A stretch of 64,000 bases of DNA from Mobula birostris (lineage: Eukaryota). Made by a program: the position numbers and the translations under genes. Shown piece by piece: positions 1-12,790 of the stretch. The stretch lies in the NCBI RefSeq assembly GCF_030028105.1, contig NC_092379.1, forward strand, positions 27,397,821-27,461,820, in the 5' to 3' direction. Positions within the stretch are counted from its first letter, which is position 1; each line of letters starts with the position of its first letter. Under the pieces are notes generated by a model, which was given only the letters and a program-made list of their open reading frames with translations, was not told the DNA's origin and ran no database searches.

Positions 1-1043
1 CCTCCTCCCACCCCCACTAGGAATAGGGTTCTCCTGGTCCTCACCTACCACCCCACCAGCCTCCGGGTCTAATTATTATTGTCCGTAACTTCCGCCACCT
101 CCAACGGGATCCCACCACTAAGCACATCTTCCCCCCCCCTCGCTTTCCGCAGGGATCGCTCCCTACGCGATTCCCAAGTCCATTCGTCCCCCGTCCCCCC
201 CGCCCACTCATCGCCCTCCTGGCTCTTACCCTTCTAAGCGGATCAAGTACTACACATGCTTTATACTTCCTCCCTTACCACCATTCAGGGCCCCAGACAA
301 TCCTTCTAGGTGAAGCGGCACCTCACCTGTTAGTCGGTTGGGGTGATATACTGCGTCCGGTGCTCCCGATATGGCCTTCTATATACTGGTGAGACCCGAT
401 GCAGACTGGGGAATCGTTTTGCTGAACACAGACTGGGGAATCGTTTTGCTGTCCACCAGAAAAAGCAGGATCTCCCAGTGCCCACACATTTTACTTCCAC
501 ATCCCATTCCCATTCTGATATGTCTATCCACGGCCTCCTCCACTGTAAAGATGAAGCCACACTCAGGTTGGAGGAACAATACCTTATATTCCGTCTTGGT
601 AGCCTCCAACCTGATGGCATGAACATTGACTTCTCAAACTTCCGCTAATGCCCCACCTCCCCGTCGTCCCCATCCGTTATTTATTTATATACACATATTC
701 TTTATCTCTCTCTTTCCTTTTTCTCCCTCTGTTCCTCTGACTATACCCCAGAACCATCCCCTGGGGTCTCACCCTTACCCTTTTCCTTCTCCCTGGGTCT
801 ACTGTCCCATGGTCCTCTCATACCCCTTTTGCCAAACAACTGTCCAGCTCCTGGCTCCAACACTGCCCCTCCTGTCTTCTCCTATCATTTTGGATCTACC
901 TCTCCCCGTGCCACTTTCAAATCTCTTACTAACTCTTCCTTCAGTTAGTCCTGACGAAGGGTCTAGGCCTGAAAGGTCGACTGTACCTCTTCCTAGAGAT
1001 GCTGCCTCGCCTGCTGCGTCCATTAGCAACTTTGATGTGTGTT
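1..1043 (+). mobile_element. Penelope-like retroelement 3' fragment (GIY-YIG endonuclease plus 3' terminal repeat), degenerate
   Basis: ORF 343-648 reads IYCVRCSRYGLLYTGETRCRLGNRFAEH...QPDGMNIDFSNF, a Penelope GIY-YIG domain. It is followed by the terminal motif CTGACGAAGGGTCT..CCTGAAA.GTCGACTG, which recurs at 16840, 47240, 50790 and 51620. Confidence 0.85.
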
Positions 1044-1508
1044 TCTTACATATACTTTGTCCAGTTCAAAGGTTCCCATACTGAAAGTAATTCCCAACCA
1101 GAAAACGTAGCGAAATTAATTTGTGTTCAGAAAGTATGATAGAGGGACGCAGCGGTATGATGGCGGGACACAGACTGTATGGTGGAGGCATACCAGTCAG
1201 AGTGATGCAGCGTTTGCAAGCAGGGATAGTAGTGTGGTACAACTGTAGATACTCCGAACGTTGCAGTCAAGATAAGTACTCCTTCGACACTAAACGGAAC
1301 TTTCTCAATATGTGGCTCCGACGGGGTGTTACTGTTAATGCTACACGGGATATGTTCATACATCATCTCAATGCCACTGATGAGCACCCTGCCTATGTTG
1401 GTTGGTGAAGTAATAAGGCTATTGCGGTGTAAAGGATGTGGGTGATTGCCGTTCCGATGTAAGGACTGCTCACCTCAAAGGAAAAAAAAAAACATGCATG
1501 ATCTATGC

Positions 1509-4500
1509 CAGCCATTCTCAACGGGGGGCATATTGCCCCTTTGGGGGCTCTGGCACATTTGAAGGGGGGCACTGACTTAAATCTGTTAGAAGGGGATCCC
1601 CAAGCGTTTTTTGGGGCCTTGGTAACTGAACAGATAAAATACCCAAACAGCAACCTCCATTGCAGTCTATAGTTTCCCTATTGTTTATAATATCTTCCCA
1701 ACACACCGTTTCAATTCGGCGCACCTGGTAAATTCATTGCTTAAACTCCTCCAACACAGCCTCACTTCAGAGCCAGTCGCGAATCTGACAGCACCGGGTC
1801 AACGCATTCATTCAAAGGTTCTCGCATCGATTATCGCCATACTTCAGTCTCCGAGGATTAGCATGTCTTGCTGGGGCTTTTTTTAGTCTAGTAACGTTAA
1901 AGTATATGTTTTTGCATATGTTATACGTTAAGGTAGGTTGTGAACAGTGTTTATTACTGCATATGAAGTCACCGAAAAAAAAAAAAAAACTGGCTCCGGG
2001 TGAGAGCATTTTGTCAGTAATGTATCCGTATTTTGCGTGCTTATTATTTTCAGAAATAATTCCACCCATGAGTGCCTTGGCGAAAAAGAAAACTGCCGGC
2101 AGTATTCAGTGGAGTAATTATCGTGTGGTTTCATCGCATCACCGCAAAACCCATCTTTCCCCATGTGTTTGTACTGCGTGACTACATTGTCAAATGAAAA
2201 CCTGAGGCCAAGCAAGTTGAAAAAAATGACATTGTGAACCCCGAATCCAGATAAGATGAATAAACACCGAGATTTCTTCAAAAACATTGGAGATAATTTG
2301 GAGAGAAGGCCAACGCTGAAACAAATGCTTACTCAAACGTCACCGAAATTAGAGAAGGGTTTGGTTGCATCATACAAAATTAGTAAACTGATTGCTAAAT
2401 CTGGAAATGCTCACAGCATTAGTGAGTCGCTTTTCCTTCCCTGAATGTCCATAATAACATCTGATGTCATGAATTTGAGTGCCAACGAATCAATTCAGGC
2501 AATCCCTTTGAGTAATTCTACTGTTGCCAGAAGAATCGATGAGGGGGCACAGGACATTGAAGAGGGAATGGTAAGTTCATTCTAATCCAAGCAATTCTCT
2601 TTACAATTAGACGAAATACTTTACAAGGTAACGACGCTCTTCTCATGGCTTATGTGAGATTCTGGAATGGAAACAAACTGATGGAAAAGATGTTGTTTGC
2701 CAGAAGAATTACAACGGATTGAAAGAGACTATCTATTCTTGAAAAAGTCAAAAGTTACTTAAGCGAACACAATATTCCAATGGAGAATACCCTATCCTCG
2801 TTATATGCGGGGGAGCCCTTCCTCGCAGTTGACGCATAAGGTGAATAATTATCTAAATGGAAAAAATAGAGATGCATTCCAGAGTGCTTCCTAAATGTGT
2901 TTTATCTGTAATTAATTCACATTTTCATACCAATACGGCTCAAAAGCAGTACCACAAGACATCTTTTGCTTTATATTTCATCAATTTAAGGTAATATTCA
3001 ATGCAATAAATCATAGAAAGTTCATATCCTAGAGTATAGAGTACGCACCAACAGTGGCAGGTGTGTTCACTCTGGGAGACGAGTGGTTGATGTGGTGTCA
3101 ACGGTTTTTCATGGATAAGCTGGATGGCTGTGAACGTCAGGATCATTTCAAGCACAACAAGGGGTGAAGTAAGACTCACAGAACTCTTACAAATGCCGGT
3201 AGCAGGAGATGACACCGACTTGAAGAAAGTGGTGAGGGTTGTTTGCTTGGAAGCATTTTGTTTTTCAGCATAAATTTGCTTGTAGGGAAGAACGGTTGAT
3301 AGCAGGGAACGACTGAAATGCTGACTCCGTTCGAAACTTAGGTCCATATCCAGCGCCATTTGTGTCAATTGTTCCGACTTTCACCATTCCCTCACCGTTG
3401 GCAAACTCCAGGGATTTTCAAAATCGTCTGTTTCTTGCAAAATCTCAGAAATATTTCGCCGTAAAAAAAAAAAAAAAGTATGCCTTGAATTTAGATCACA
3501 CCTTCATCGAGTGGTTGTATCATCGATGTTGTGTTAGGCCGCAGGAAACGCACTATTATATTAGGATGAATACTGTCCAAATGTTTAGGGTGGGCTGGCG
3601 CATTGTCAAGCAACACAAGAACTTTCAAAGCAAGATTCTGTTCCCGGCAGTAGAGTCCCAGAGCTATGTTACCTTCAGCTGATGCCGCGCCGTTTATAAT
3701 ATCCAACGTTTTTTTTTCAAGTGTTAAAGCTGTTCCCTGCCGCTCAGCTGATAGACGAGGACAAGACATCGGACTCTTAGGAGACATAGTTGAATATCTC
3801 AAGCACAAAATCACTGCAACATAGATAAAACCAACGAAAGTTTAAGAGCGGAAGATCACGAGTCCAAACCTTGCCAAAACTAATGCGAGACTGGCGGGAC
3901 TGAGATTGGAAGGCGCGCGCACCTACTTGTATTGGCGGGAAAGCGGTGCTTCTCATCCCAATAGTGAGACTGTGAGGTGTGCGCACGTGACTTGTATTGG
4001 CGGGAAAGCAGTGCTCCTCGCGTAACTGTGAGTTTTGGACGCATATAAGGAGACGTTGGTAGAAATAGGTTCCTCACATAAGTGTGAGTTCGCATTGTCT
4101 GAAGATGCATATAACGAGGATAGGGTGTATAACTGATTATGCAACTGATGGTGCCGCTTCTATGGTTAATCGATACAGAGGATTCATCGCCCATCTAAAA
4201 GGAGTCATACTTTCTATCTTTACTATTCATTGCGACATTCACAGGGAGCACCAATAGCTAAAAACCTAGGAGAGCAACTCAATCTTTCGATTTCAGTTGT
4301 CATAAAATCTGTACACTTCATCAAGTCCCATGCCTTTCGGAACCAACTTTTCCAGCAGTTGTGTGAAGAAAATGATGAAGACTTCCGGCTGCTGCATACC
4401 GAGGCCAGGTGGTTTTCCGAGGGAAACTGTCTTCAACGTTATTTTACACTTTGGGCACCACAGTTTTTTTTTTCATGTCTGATAAAGAGCACGGAGAAGG

Positions 4501-5372
4501 ACTCGCTGAGGCCAAGGCGGACAGATTTTATCTGGCATGTATGTTTCAGAAACCTAATTTGTTAAACAAGATCTTACAGGGTACAAACAGTAACCTCGTA
4601 GATTGTAAGGAAGTTATTGTTTTTTTTTTCCCTTAAGAAACTCGAAGTCTATTGCCTAAATATGGAACGTCGGGTATTTTCACAATTTTCAAATCTGATG
4701 ATGATCGCAGAGGCACTGAAGGACGATGACCTTACCGTTTATATTAACCATCTCAAGCAGACACACAAGGATATGCAAGATTAAATAGCCTGTTAAACCT
4801 CGGTATACCGATTTGAATTTTGAATCCATTTGAAATGCAACCCAGCCAAATTGAGGAAGAAGTTCAAGAGAGTTTGATTGATCTTCAGAGTGATATAACT
4901 GCACATCATCAGTTCAGTTAGTTTCAAAGGACTTTTGGATCAAGAGTGATCTCCCGGATAACTCTGGGAAAAAGCCCAAAGATCTTTTATTGCCTTTGCC
5001 TCAACATATTTGGTTGAGTGCGGATTCTGCAACCCTAGTTTCCTTGACAAAATTCAGGAACAGATTTGATATCGCAACGAGAGGTGACGTTCGACTGTCA
5101 TTGTCTAACTTGGAGCCCGATATCATGAAACTCTCAGAAAAAAAACACCAAGCTCAAGGAACGCATTCGACCTGATAGATGTTTAATTTCATAGAGTCCT
5201 TCTTTTTAAAGTTTTCTCCAGTGTGTCGGAATATTCAAATTTTCTTGATGTTCAATAATAAATGATTTTCTGTCTATCTGTTCGTGCTTTATCCCTGTTT
5301 GAAAGGGCGGCCCTGGAACCACAGAACAGCTCCTAAGGGGGCCGTGACCAAAAAACGGCTGGGAATCTATCG
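1509..5372 (+). mobile_element. hAT (Charlie/Buster-type) DNA transposon relic, interrupted by a Tigger element; transposase remnant ~2068-2789 and 4128-5175
   Basis: Left end CAGCCATTCTCAAC. BED-finger remnant ~2070-2230, then SYKISKLIAKSG, PLSNSTVARRI, ATDGAASM, HTEARWFSEG and RNRFDIATRGDVRLSLSNLEPDI, all hallmarks of Buster/ZBED5-type transposases. Many stops and frameshifts; the right end is approximate. Confidence 0.85.
2790..4127 (-). mobile_element. Internally deleted Tigger/pogo DNA transposon with TIRs and TA target-site duplication
   Basis: TIR CCCTATCCTCGTTATATGC at 2790-2808 with its reverse complement at 4107-4125; TA at 2788-2789 and 4128-4129. ORF 3491-3814(-) carries the DDE_1 motif KVLVLLDNAPAHP...FLRPNTTSMIQPLDEGVI. 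Confidence 0.88.
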
Positions 5373-7999
5373 GATAGAAATATTGGCTAAATAGCGTAGT
5401 TTATTCTGTTAGAAAGCCGGTTCCATTTTTCTGATTGGCTAGTTTAACCTCTGAGGTGCTCTATTTGAATTGGTAGGCGTTCTGGCAAAATGGTGTCCAT
5501 CTTTGGTTCCGTTCACCCTGGGGATTTAAAAGATCTCACATTCAGAAGTTTGGTCCCCTTTCTTTCCTGCCACCCACGGGGTCCGAGTTCGCGCTGAATT
5601 CGCAAGGAGTTCTGAAGGACCACTGAGAAACAGCATAGCAGACATAGACAGGTCCCTTGGTTTTTGCTTAGTTAAGAATCCATTTGTGGCATGCTTGTTT
5701 CTGGGGTTTTAAAAATCGGGGACGTTCGTCCTGGGATCCGCTCATTTAAACGTAAGTTTAAATGGTGTAGTGCTACTGGATTTGGAATACTTGTTTTGCT
5801 CGATGTCCGGTTTCAATGCTCTCTTCTTAAATTATTTCCTCACACATTTGATTGTAAACCTGTTTCTACTGCTTCACTTATTGGATCCTCGAACCTGCTC
5901 TCCCACGTTACAAAACCGCACCTTGATGAGTTAGGATAGATACAGGGCATAGATTTTTTTTTTTTATGCGTGCGACTAATTTTATAACGTAGATGCAATC
6001 GTGTGGAAATGTTAGCAGTCTCTCCATATTGAGCACTGAAATGTATTTAACATCTCTGTCCAGTATGTACTTGTTATGTCTTAACTTTATTTATCTCCTT
6101 CCATATGCCACAAGGCCCTCATATCATTTTTTAGCAAATGCAATCTGCCACTGCAGGATTGTGAGACAGAGATCATAAATGCATGCAGTTGCCTACTTTG
6201 GTTGCAGAAGGTCTTCAACTCAAATTGCAGATTATACTTTATCCCTGCATTGAGCCAAATTAGTAATGATTAGTAATTTGTAGATTATCAGACAATGAAA
6301 AGGTAGGAGCGTTACTAGATTCAGGGACATCATTACCAAAGCACTTTTCCAATAGTAGCCCAAGCATGGCAAATGAGCTTGTAAACAACTTAAGACGATT
6401 CGATTACAGGCAGCTGCCGAGCGACCTGCAACTGAAAGAGTAACCGAATACATTGTATGACAGTGGGCGTAACACGAATACAAACTGTGATCGAGGTTTT
6501 GTAACTATAGAATTTTAAATGAAATTTACCCTTTGAAACGATTGGTGAAAATCTCGATTTGCGAAATTTAACCTGGCATGATCACTCAAATTCCAATGAC
6601 ATGAAAAAGAATATTACATACCGAGTCTATGCTAGAACGTGTAATTTGGTATGAAAATTAAGTTTTCTGGTGGGTTTATCGGGAGATTCTATTGTGATGC
6701 CGCTGATTAAATTTAAACGGGACAGTGTTTCCAGTAAATTGGTCGAAGAGTAATTAAGATACTACTAATATGAAGAAGGATATACTGGATTTGAAGGTGG
6801 TGCCGAGAAAGTTCCAAAGGTTAATTCCGCAGATGAAGGTGATAGACTATGAGGAGAGATGGAGTGGTGAATGGTGAAGCAGGCTTGACGGGCTAGATGG
6901 CCAACTTCTGCTTCTATTTCTTCTGTGGTTTTGTTCTTGTACAGTTATGTGTCCAATCTACCGTGGCTAAGTAGTATAAGGGCAGCTATTACGGTGCTAA
7001 GTGATTTTGGTCCGGACGCCATGATCTCATGATCGGTCTCTCATCAGCGTTCTGTCCTCCTATGTGAATTCTATCAGTTTGCACCCATCATACCTCCCGA
7101 CATGGCGTAGAGCTCTATTGGATTATGTTGAACTATATTCTCCTTTGCATGTTTTCATCGGCTATGTTGCACACCAATTTCACATTGTGCACGCCTCACC
7201 TTGCTTAAGGTGTCCCATACTACGTTTTGGAATAGAGAGAAAGGATTTGTTTCGGGTTGATTGATTGGAGGTGTAAATCAGAATATATTTCGGTACATCG
7301 CCTTTAAAAGGCCTACGGTGATTCGGAGGATGTCGCTAGCAGGCCCTTTGCATGACAACATGACAAAGGTTTGCCAGCACACAACTGGGCTATCCAAAGG
7401 ACCCAGCTGTTATTCCACCCATGAAAAAACAATATTTGTTCCGATCAGGCGAACCGGCCAAGCTCCGGACAGGCTCACAGAGTCGGTTTTCGTCATTTAC
7501 GGGAGTGTTGTGCACGGTAATGTAATGCGTGGAAACATTCATAATTCACAAACACCAAGATTGAATGGGGAGGCAATTTGAGAGTGCTCTGTGACGTGGT
7601 GATGTGAATAAATGAAGTTGTTTTTTTAACAGCAATTTATGTTCTGGATTTGTCGGCATTCAGGGATTGTAACGGAGTCCCTGAAACTTAAAACGCAGTT
7701 GTTGTTTTAATTACCAGTCTCTGCCACAACACAACAGATATTCGAAAAAAAAAGAACAAGGCGGAAAAAAAATGTATGTAGATTTTTGTGCTATCTAGAT
7801 ATTGGTATCGATATGTATATATTAATACATATATATTACTGGGAATACTATTTCTTCCGATCACTCTTCCTGAGGTATATATACATGCTGTTCCAAGAGC
7901 CAAACTCATCTGCTCACCAATTCCCCGGACTGTTATTCTCGAATAACATTTGTCTTTGTTTGATACCTTACACCATTTCTGAGACGGGCTCTTTTGCAT

Positions 8000-8916
8000 A
8001 CCTTGTTTCTAAGGCCGCGTTGGTAGCGGACGCACATGCAGGACACAGACACTGAAGTAGTATGAACTGGACTATGTACATTAATAATACTGGGGAAGCC
8101 GATGAGCGAGAGCAAAATAACAACATGGAAATAGACGTAGAATAATAATAATAAAAAAAAAAATCGGCAAAACTGGTCTTGGATTTGGGACTTGAATTTG
8201 ACAGGGATCTCTGGTCATGACTGGAAACTCGGGTCTAGGTAGGGACTCAGTACCTCTGTCTTGACGTGGCCCTTGACTAAAACTCGGACTTGGCCTGGTT
8301 TAGACACAGACTTGACTGTGAACTCAGGTCATGACTCGGAACTCGGGTCTTGGCAGGGACTCGGTACCTGAGTCTTGACTTGGCTTGACCAGGAACTCGG
8401 GTTTGACTCGACAAGGAAGTCAGACTTGCCTTGACCAGGAACTCAATCTTGAATTGACCAGGAATTCGGATTTGACTTGACTAGAAACTCGGGATTGACT
8501 TGACCACAAACTCTTCTTGGGCAGAGGACACAGAGCCGGGACTCCTCTAGGACACAGGGCCGAGACCCTTCTTGGACACAGGTCCGGGACCCTTCTTAGA
8601 CACAGTGTCAGGACCCTTCTTGGCATGAGTTTCTGATGCCGAGCTTCTTGGTATGGGTTTCGGATACTGAGCTTCTTGGGATGAGTTTCTGGTACCGAAA
8701 TTCTGGGTGTGGGTTCTGACGGGGACAGTCCAGTCTAGGAATGGCTGGACCCCTAAGCTATTTATGTTTCAGGCAGGAAATTAGGTTCAGCTGCCTTCAT
8801 CAAGACGCCTAAGCCAACATGAGCGGGGGTGAGGGATTGGGGGAGAATAACCAGAATATGGAATCCACAGACCGGACCGCGAACCGAATGCGGACTTCAC
8901 AGACCGGACCGTGACA
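8000..8916 (-). mobile_element. LTR-like element (probable solo LTR) related to the one at 40196-41217, with internal degenerate tandem repeats
   Basis: Shares GACACAGACACTGAAGTA and the terminal CCGGACCG.GAACCG.A..CGGACTTCAC.GACC.GACC.TGACA with 40196-41217. Has ~23-nt and ~28-nt tandem units at 8520-8710. Left boundary approximate; no TSD found. Confidence 0.6.
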
Positions 8917-9859
8917 ATGTGTCCTGTTGCTTTCAAGCAGGAGAAACGTGTCTACATTTATCGATGGTCGTTCTTGAATTCGTGGTCAGTCATTTAAAAC
9001 GCAGCTGACAGTGCACGTTTATCTTTCAAAGGGTGATCAAGCTCTGGAACATCCTATCCTGTTACGTTATGCAGATTAGATGAGTGAGTGAGCTTCCATG
9101 GAGCTTAACAAATGTTTGAAAAGTCACAATACTGAGGAATGAAATAAAGTTGTAAAGCAGAAAATACCAGTTCTCTAGCACAACTGCATTTATCATATTC
9201 AATGGCGGAACGGGATGAAGAGGACGATTCTCCAGGTATTGTGAAACTGCCAGAATTTTTGAGCAGCATACAGAAAATTATGTAAAGATCACCTTGTATG
9301 GGTGTAATTAATAAGCTCGTATTAACAAGCAACTTTTTCACCACCTGCAAGTTTAATTGACCCCGTTTTCTGAATTCCTTGGGATCGTGATTTCTTCCGT
9401 TTTAGTTTTAAATATTGATTCTTCCAACCTTCTAATGAGCATGAGGAGATTCTTTTCGACCCGGCTCTATAAACGGAGTCGTGCCTCCGTATTTGACAAT
9501 GACTGTCCCGCTTTGGGTTGTGGATGCGTAGTAGGGCTTGAACAAGAGATTGGATCACGAGAGAGATTCCGTTCGGTGGAATTCACTTCAATAGATACTC
9601 GTCCCGTCACCGCCAGTATCAATAGTGGAACCGAAAGCATTCTGAAGCGTGACAGCATTTGGTTGATGAAGAAGTAGGACGGCCTATTAACTGAGACAAA
9701 ATGTGAATCCTTGTAAAGTGGAATCCATACGGAACAAATATCACATTTACCTCTGCACTGCACGCTTCATCTACTTTCCGATACTGTGCTCGGGCTAATT
9801 CAGAAAGAAATGCGGTCTAATATTTTCATAAATGATTTTTTTTTTCTCTCTCTCTCAGA

Positions 9860-10094
9860 TCATTATCATTGCCAGCTATCATATTGTAAATAGGTATTGC
9901 GAATGCTGATGGTACTTTTGGTAAGAATCGAAATCATTCTGACGATATGTTTTCAGGGGAATAAGGACAGAAACAAGCTCTTATTTTCAACACTTTGCTC
10001 TGGCCTGATCCAGATATAAAGACAATTTACCAGTTCAATAACCTCAGAGTTGAAACTGAGCGACACTGTAGTGTATTATTGCAAACATCCGCGA
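9860..10094 (+). pseudogene. Decayed TCR V segment relic
   Basis: Reads SELKLSDTVVYYCKHP at 10044-10091, close to AELKLSDSAVYYC of the open V at 21834. Upstream frames give IIASYH...WYF with stops and frameshifts. Followed by a heptamer-like TACTGCG at 10095-10101 with no good nonamer. Confidence 0.5.
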
Positions 10095-10999
10095 TACTGC
10101 GTATAAGCCAGCTAAGTAATCGTAAAACATCTTCAGCAGTCGCATAGATCTTGACGTTATCTGATGAAGGTGGCCAGAGCAACCATTTGTGCGCCTATTG
10201 TTAGTTTCATTCCAACCTGAGATGTCGTTCCAATTCATTAAGTTGCACAAGTCATGCTCTGGGCTGCGTCCATTGTAGAATTAATGTCTGTTTTTGAAAT
10301 TTTTTTTCAAGTGTCTGCTTGATGGCAAATGGAAAATATATGAACACAATGTCGTGAGCTAATATCCATGGATTCAATCTCCATTCAAAAATCGGATGGC
10401 AAAGGGTACAAAGCTGCAGGCTTCTATATTTTCCTACGTATGGTAGCAATAAGCGGGAAAATATCCTGGATGTTAGAGGCCCTTAGCGGTGGACGCGGTT
10501 TTGAGGAACCACTGCTTGAAAAATGACCTACATGCCACGGAGCCGTTTGTCTATGAATGTATCTGACTACCCCCAAAAGCAGACGCTGATGCCCAGTCAG
10601 AATCCTATCCACGGCACATCTGTAGAAATTTCCGATCTTTTTTTATCGTGAAATAGCAAATGTCATCAAACTGCTGATGAAATACAGCTGCTGTCTTTTC
10701 TTAGTAATAGCTGCATCGAAATGTTGGGACCCAGTTTTCAACCTCACAGATATTGAAACCCAGGAACTTGAAATTTATCATTCTCTCCATTTCTGATCCC
10801 TGTATAAGTACTGTTGTGTGTTGATTCACCTTACACTTTCTGAAGTCCACGTTCAGTACTTCAGTCTTACTTACGCTGAGTGCAAGGCTGTTGTTGTGAC
10901 ATCACTTAATCAGCTAGTATACAGACACAGTAAGAGTAAAAACAGAGGCTACAGGACTTTTGGACTCCTTCGACATTGACCATAACCAGGGTAATATGC

Positions 11000-12790
11000 A
11001 GCATCCATATTCTCTTAACTAGTATTTCTCCATGCGTCCAGGTTCTTCTGAATTCAATACATTACAACGTCCACCTAATTCTGGTAAGCGACAGCCAGCC
11101 AAGATAGGGCCCCTTTAATCCCACTCTGTCTTATGCCGATCAGTCAATGCTCCACTCAGGCTGGTAGCTCGCCTGTAATTTCATGGGTTTGTTGCTTGCT
11201 CAGCAGCCTCATGTGCGGTGCCTTATCAAAGGCCTTTTGATATGCGAAGTACACCACAATGTGCATCTCCTTTATCGACGCTGCTTGTAATTTCCTGAAT
11301 GAAAAACGTCGTAGGTTAGTCAGGCAGGATTTTCGTTTCAGGATACCTTGCCTGCTTTGGCCTATCTTGTCATGCTCCTCAATGTATTCCGCAATCTCGT
11401 TCCTAGCTATCAATTCCAACAACTTCCGAAACAGTAATGGCACGCTAACAGGTCTATAGTTTCCTTTCTGCTGCCTCCTACCCTTCTTAAATAGCGGCAT
11501 AACATTTACAATTTTTCAGAATCTATCGCTTCTTAGAAGTTCATTGTTAATGATTCTGCAATCTCTCCAGCTACTTTCCCAAGAGCCCGAGAGTGCAACC
11601 ATCAGGTACAGGTGATTAATACACCCTCAAACGATTTAGTTTCCCAAGAACCTTCTCAGTTGTAATTCTGTATGCGCATACGTCATTTCCCTGACGCTCA
11701 TTAATGTCCGGTATACTGCAGGTGACTTCCACTGTGTAGATTGATACAAAATAGGCATCCAGTTCCTCTGCCATCTGTGCGTCTCCCACTGCAATATCTC
11801 CAGCGTTATTTTTTTTATTGGTCCTATATCTCCAGCGTTATTTTTTTTTTATTGGTTCTATATCTACCCTCAAATCTCATTTACATTTTATATACTGAAA
11901 CAAGTTTTTATTATCTTCTTTGATGTTAGTGGCCAGCTTCTTTTCATAATTCATCTTTTTCTTTCCTAATGACCTTTTTAATTTCCTTCTGCATGTTTTT
12001 AAATCCTCTCAAATCTCTAACTTCCCACAAGCTTTGGTTTCCTTGCAAGCCCTTTCTTTTTCTTTTACTTTTGCTCTGACTTCACTTGTCAGCTACTGTG
12101 TTGCCCTTACTCCATTCAAAATTCGCGCTTATTTGGAATATATCTGTGTTGCCCTTCCCTCATTTCCGCAGATATTCCAACCATTGTTTCTCTTCTGTCC
12201 CTTCCCGCTGGCTTCCTCTTCCAGTGAACCTTGGCTGATTCCGCTCTCATGCCATTTATTCATCTGAAATACCGACACATTGAAATGTAGTTTCTCCTTC
12301 TCTAATTTCAAATGAACTCGATCAGTTTGTGATAAATGTTTCCTAAAGGTTCCTAAACCTTAAACGCGCTTATCACATCCGTATCAGTGCATAAAACCCA
12401 ACCCAGTAAAGCCGATCCCCTGGTGGGCTCAACACAAGCTGTTCTAAAAAGCCATCTCTTTGACATTCTAAAAATTCTCCCAGTTGAGGTCCTGTAATGG
12501 CTTGGTTTGCCCAATCTTTTCAAGTTAAAATTCCCAAAGATCTTCATAGCGTTGCCTTTCAGACACGATCGTCATAACATTGCCCCTCTTTTCTATCTCC
12601 TGCTGTAATACATAAACCACATCACTGCTGTTGTTTGGAGGCCTGTATTCAGTTGTCTTTAGGGTCTTTTTCCGCTAGCCATTACTTACCTCAACCCGAC
12701 GAGACTCTACACCTTCTGATCCTATGTCATCACTCTAATGATTTAATGTCATTTATCATACACAGGGCCAGAACATCCTCTCCCCCTCAC
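11000..12790 (-). mobile_element. CR1 LINE fragments (endonuclease and RT), degenerate
   Basis: ORF 11156-11500(-) reads PLFKKGRRQQKGNYRPVS...FQKAFDKAPH; APE-region remnants at 12350-12790. Confidence 0.85.

Noticed and set aside
1121-1408. ORF with VWY...DEHPAYVGW, faintly V-like
   Set aside because: No in-frame Cys pair, no RSS and no acceptor; chance level.
5400-6550. Possible LTR/ERV-like region
   Set aside because: No clear termini, TSD or coding motif could be established.
8200-8720. Spaced short repeats that might suggest a CRISPR array
   Set aside because: Degenerate minisatellite without unique spacers, in a eukaryotic LTR; no cas genes.
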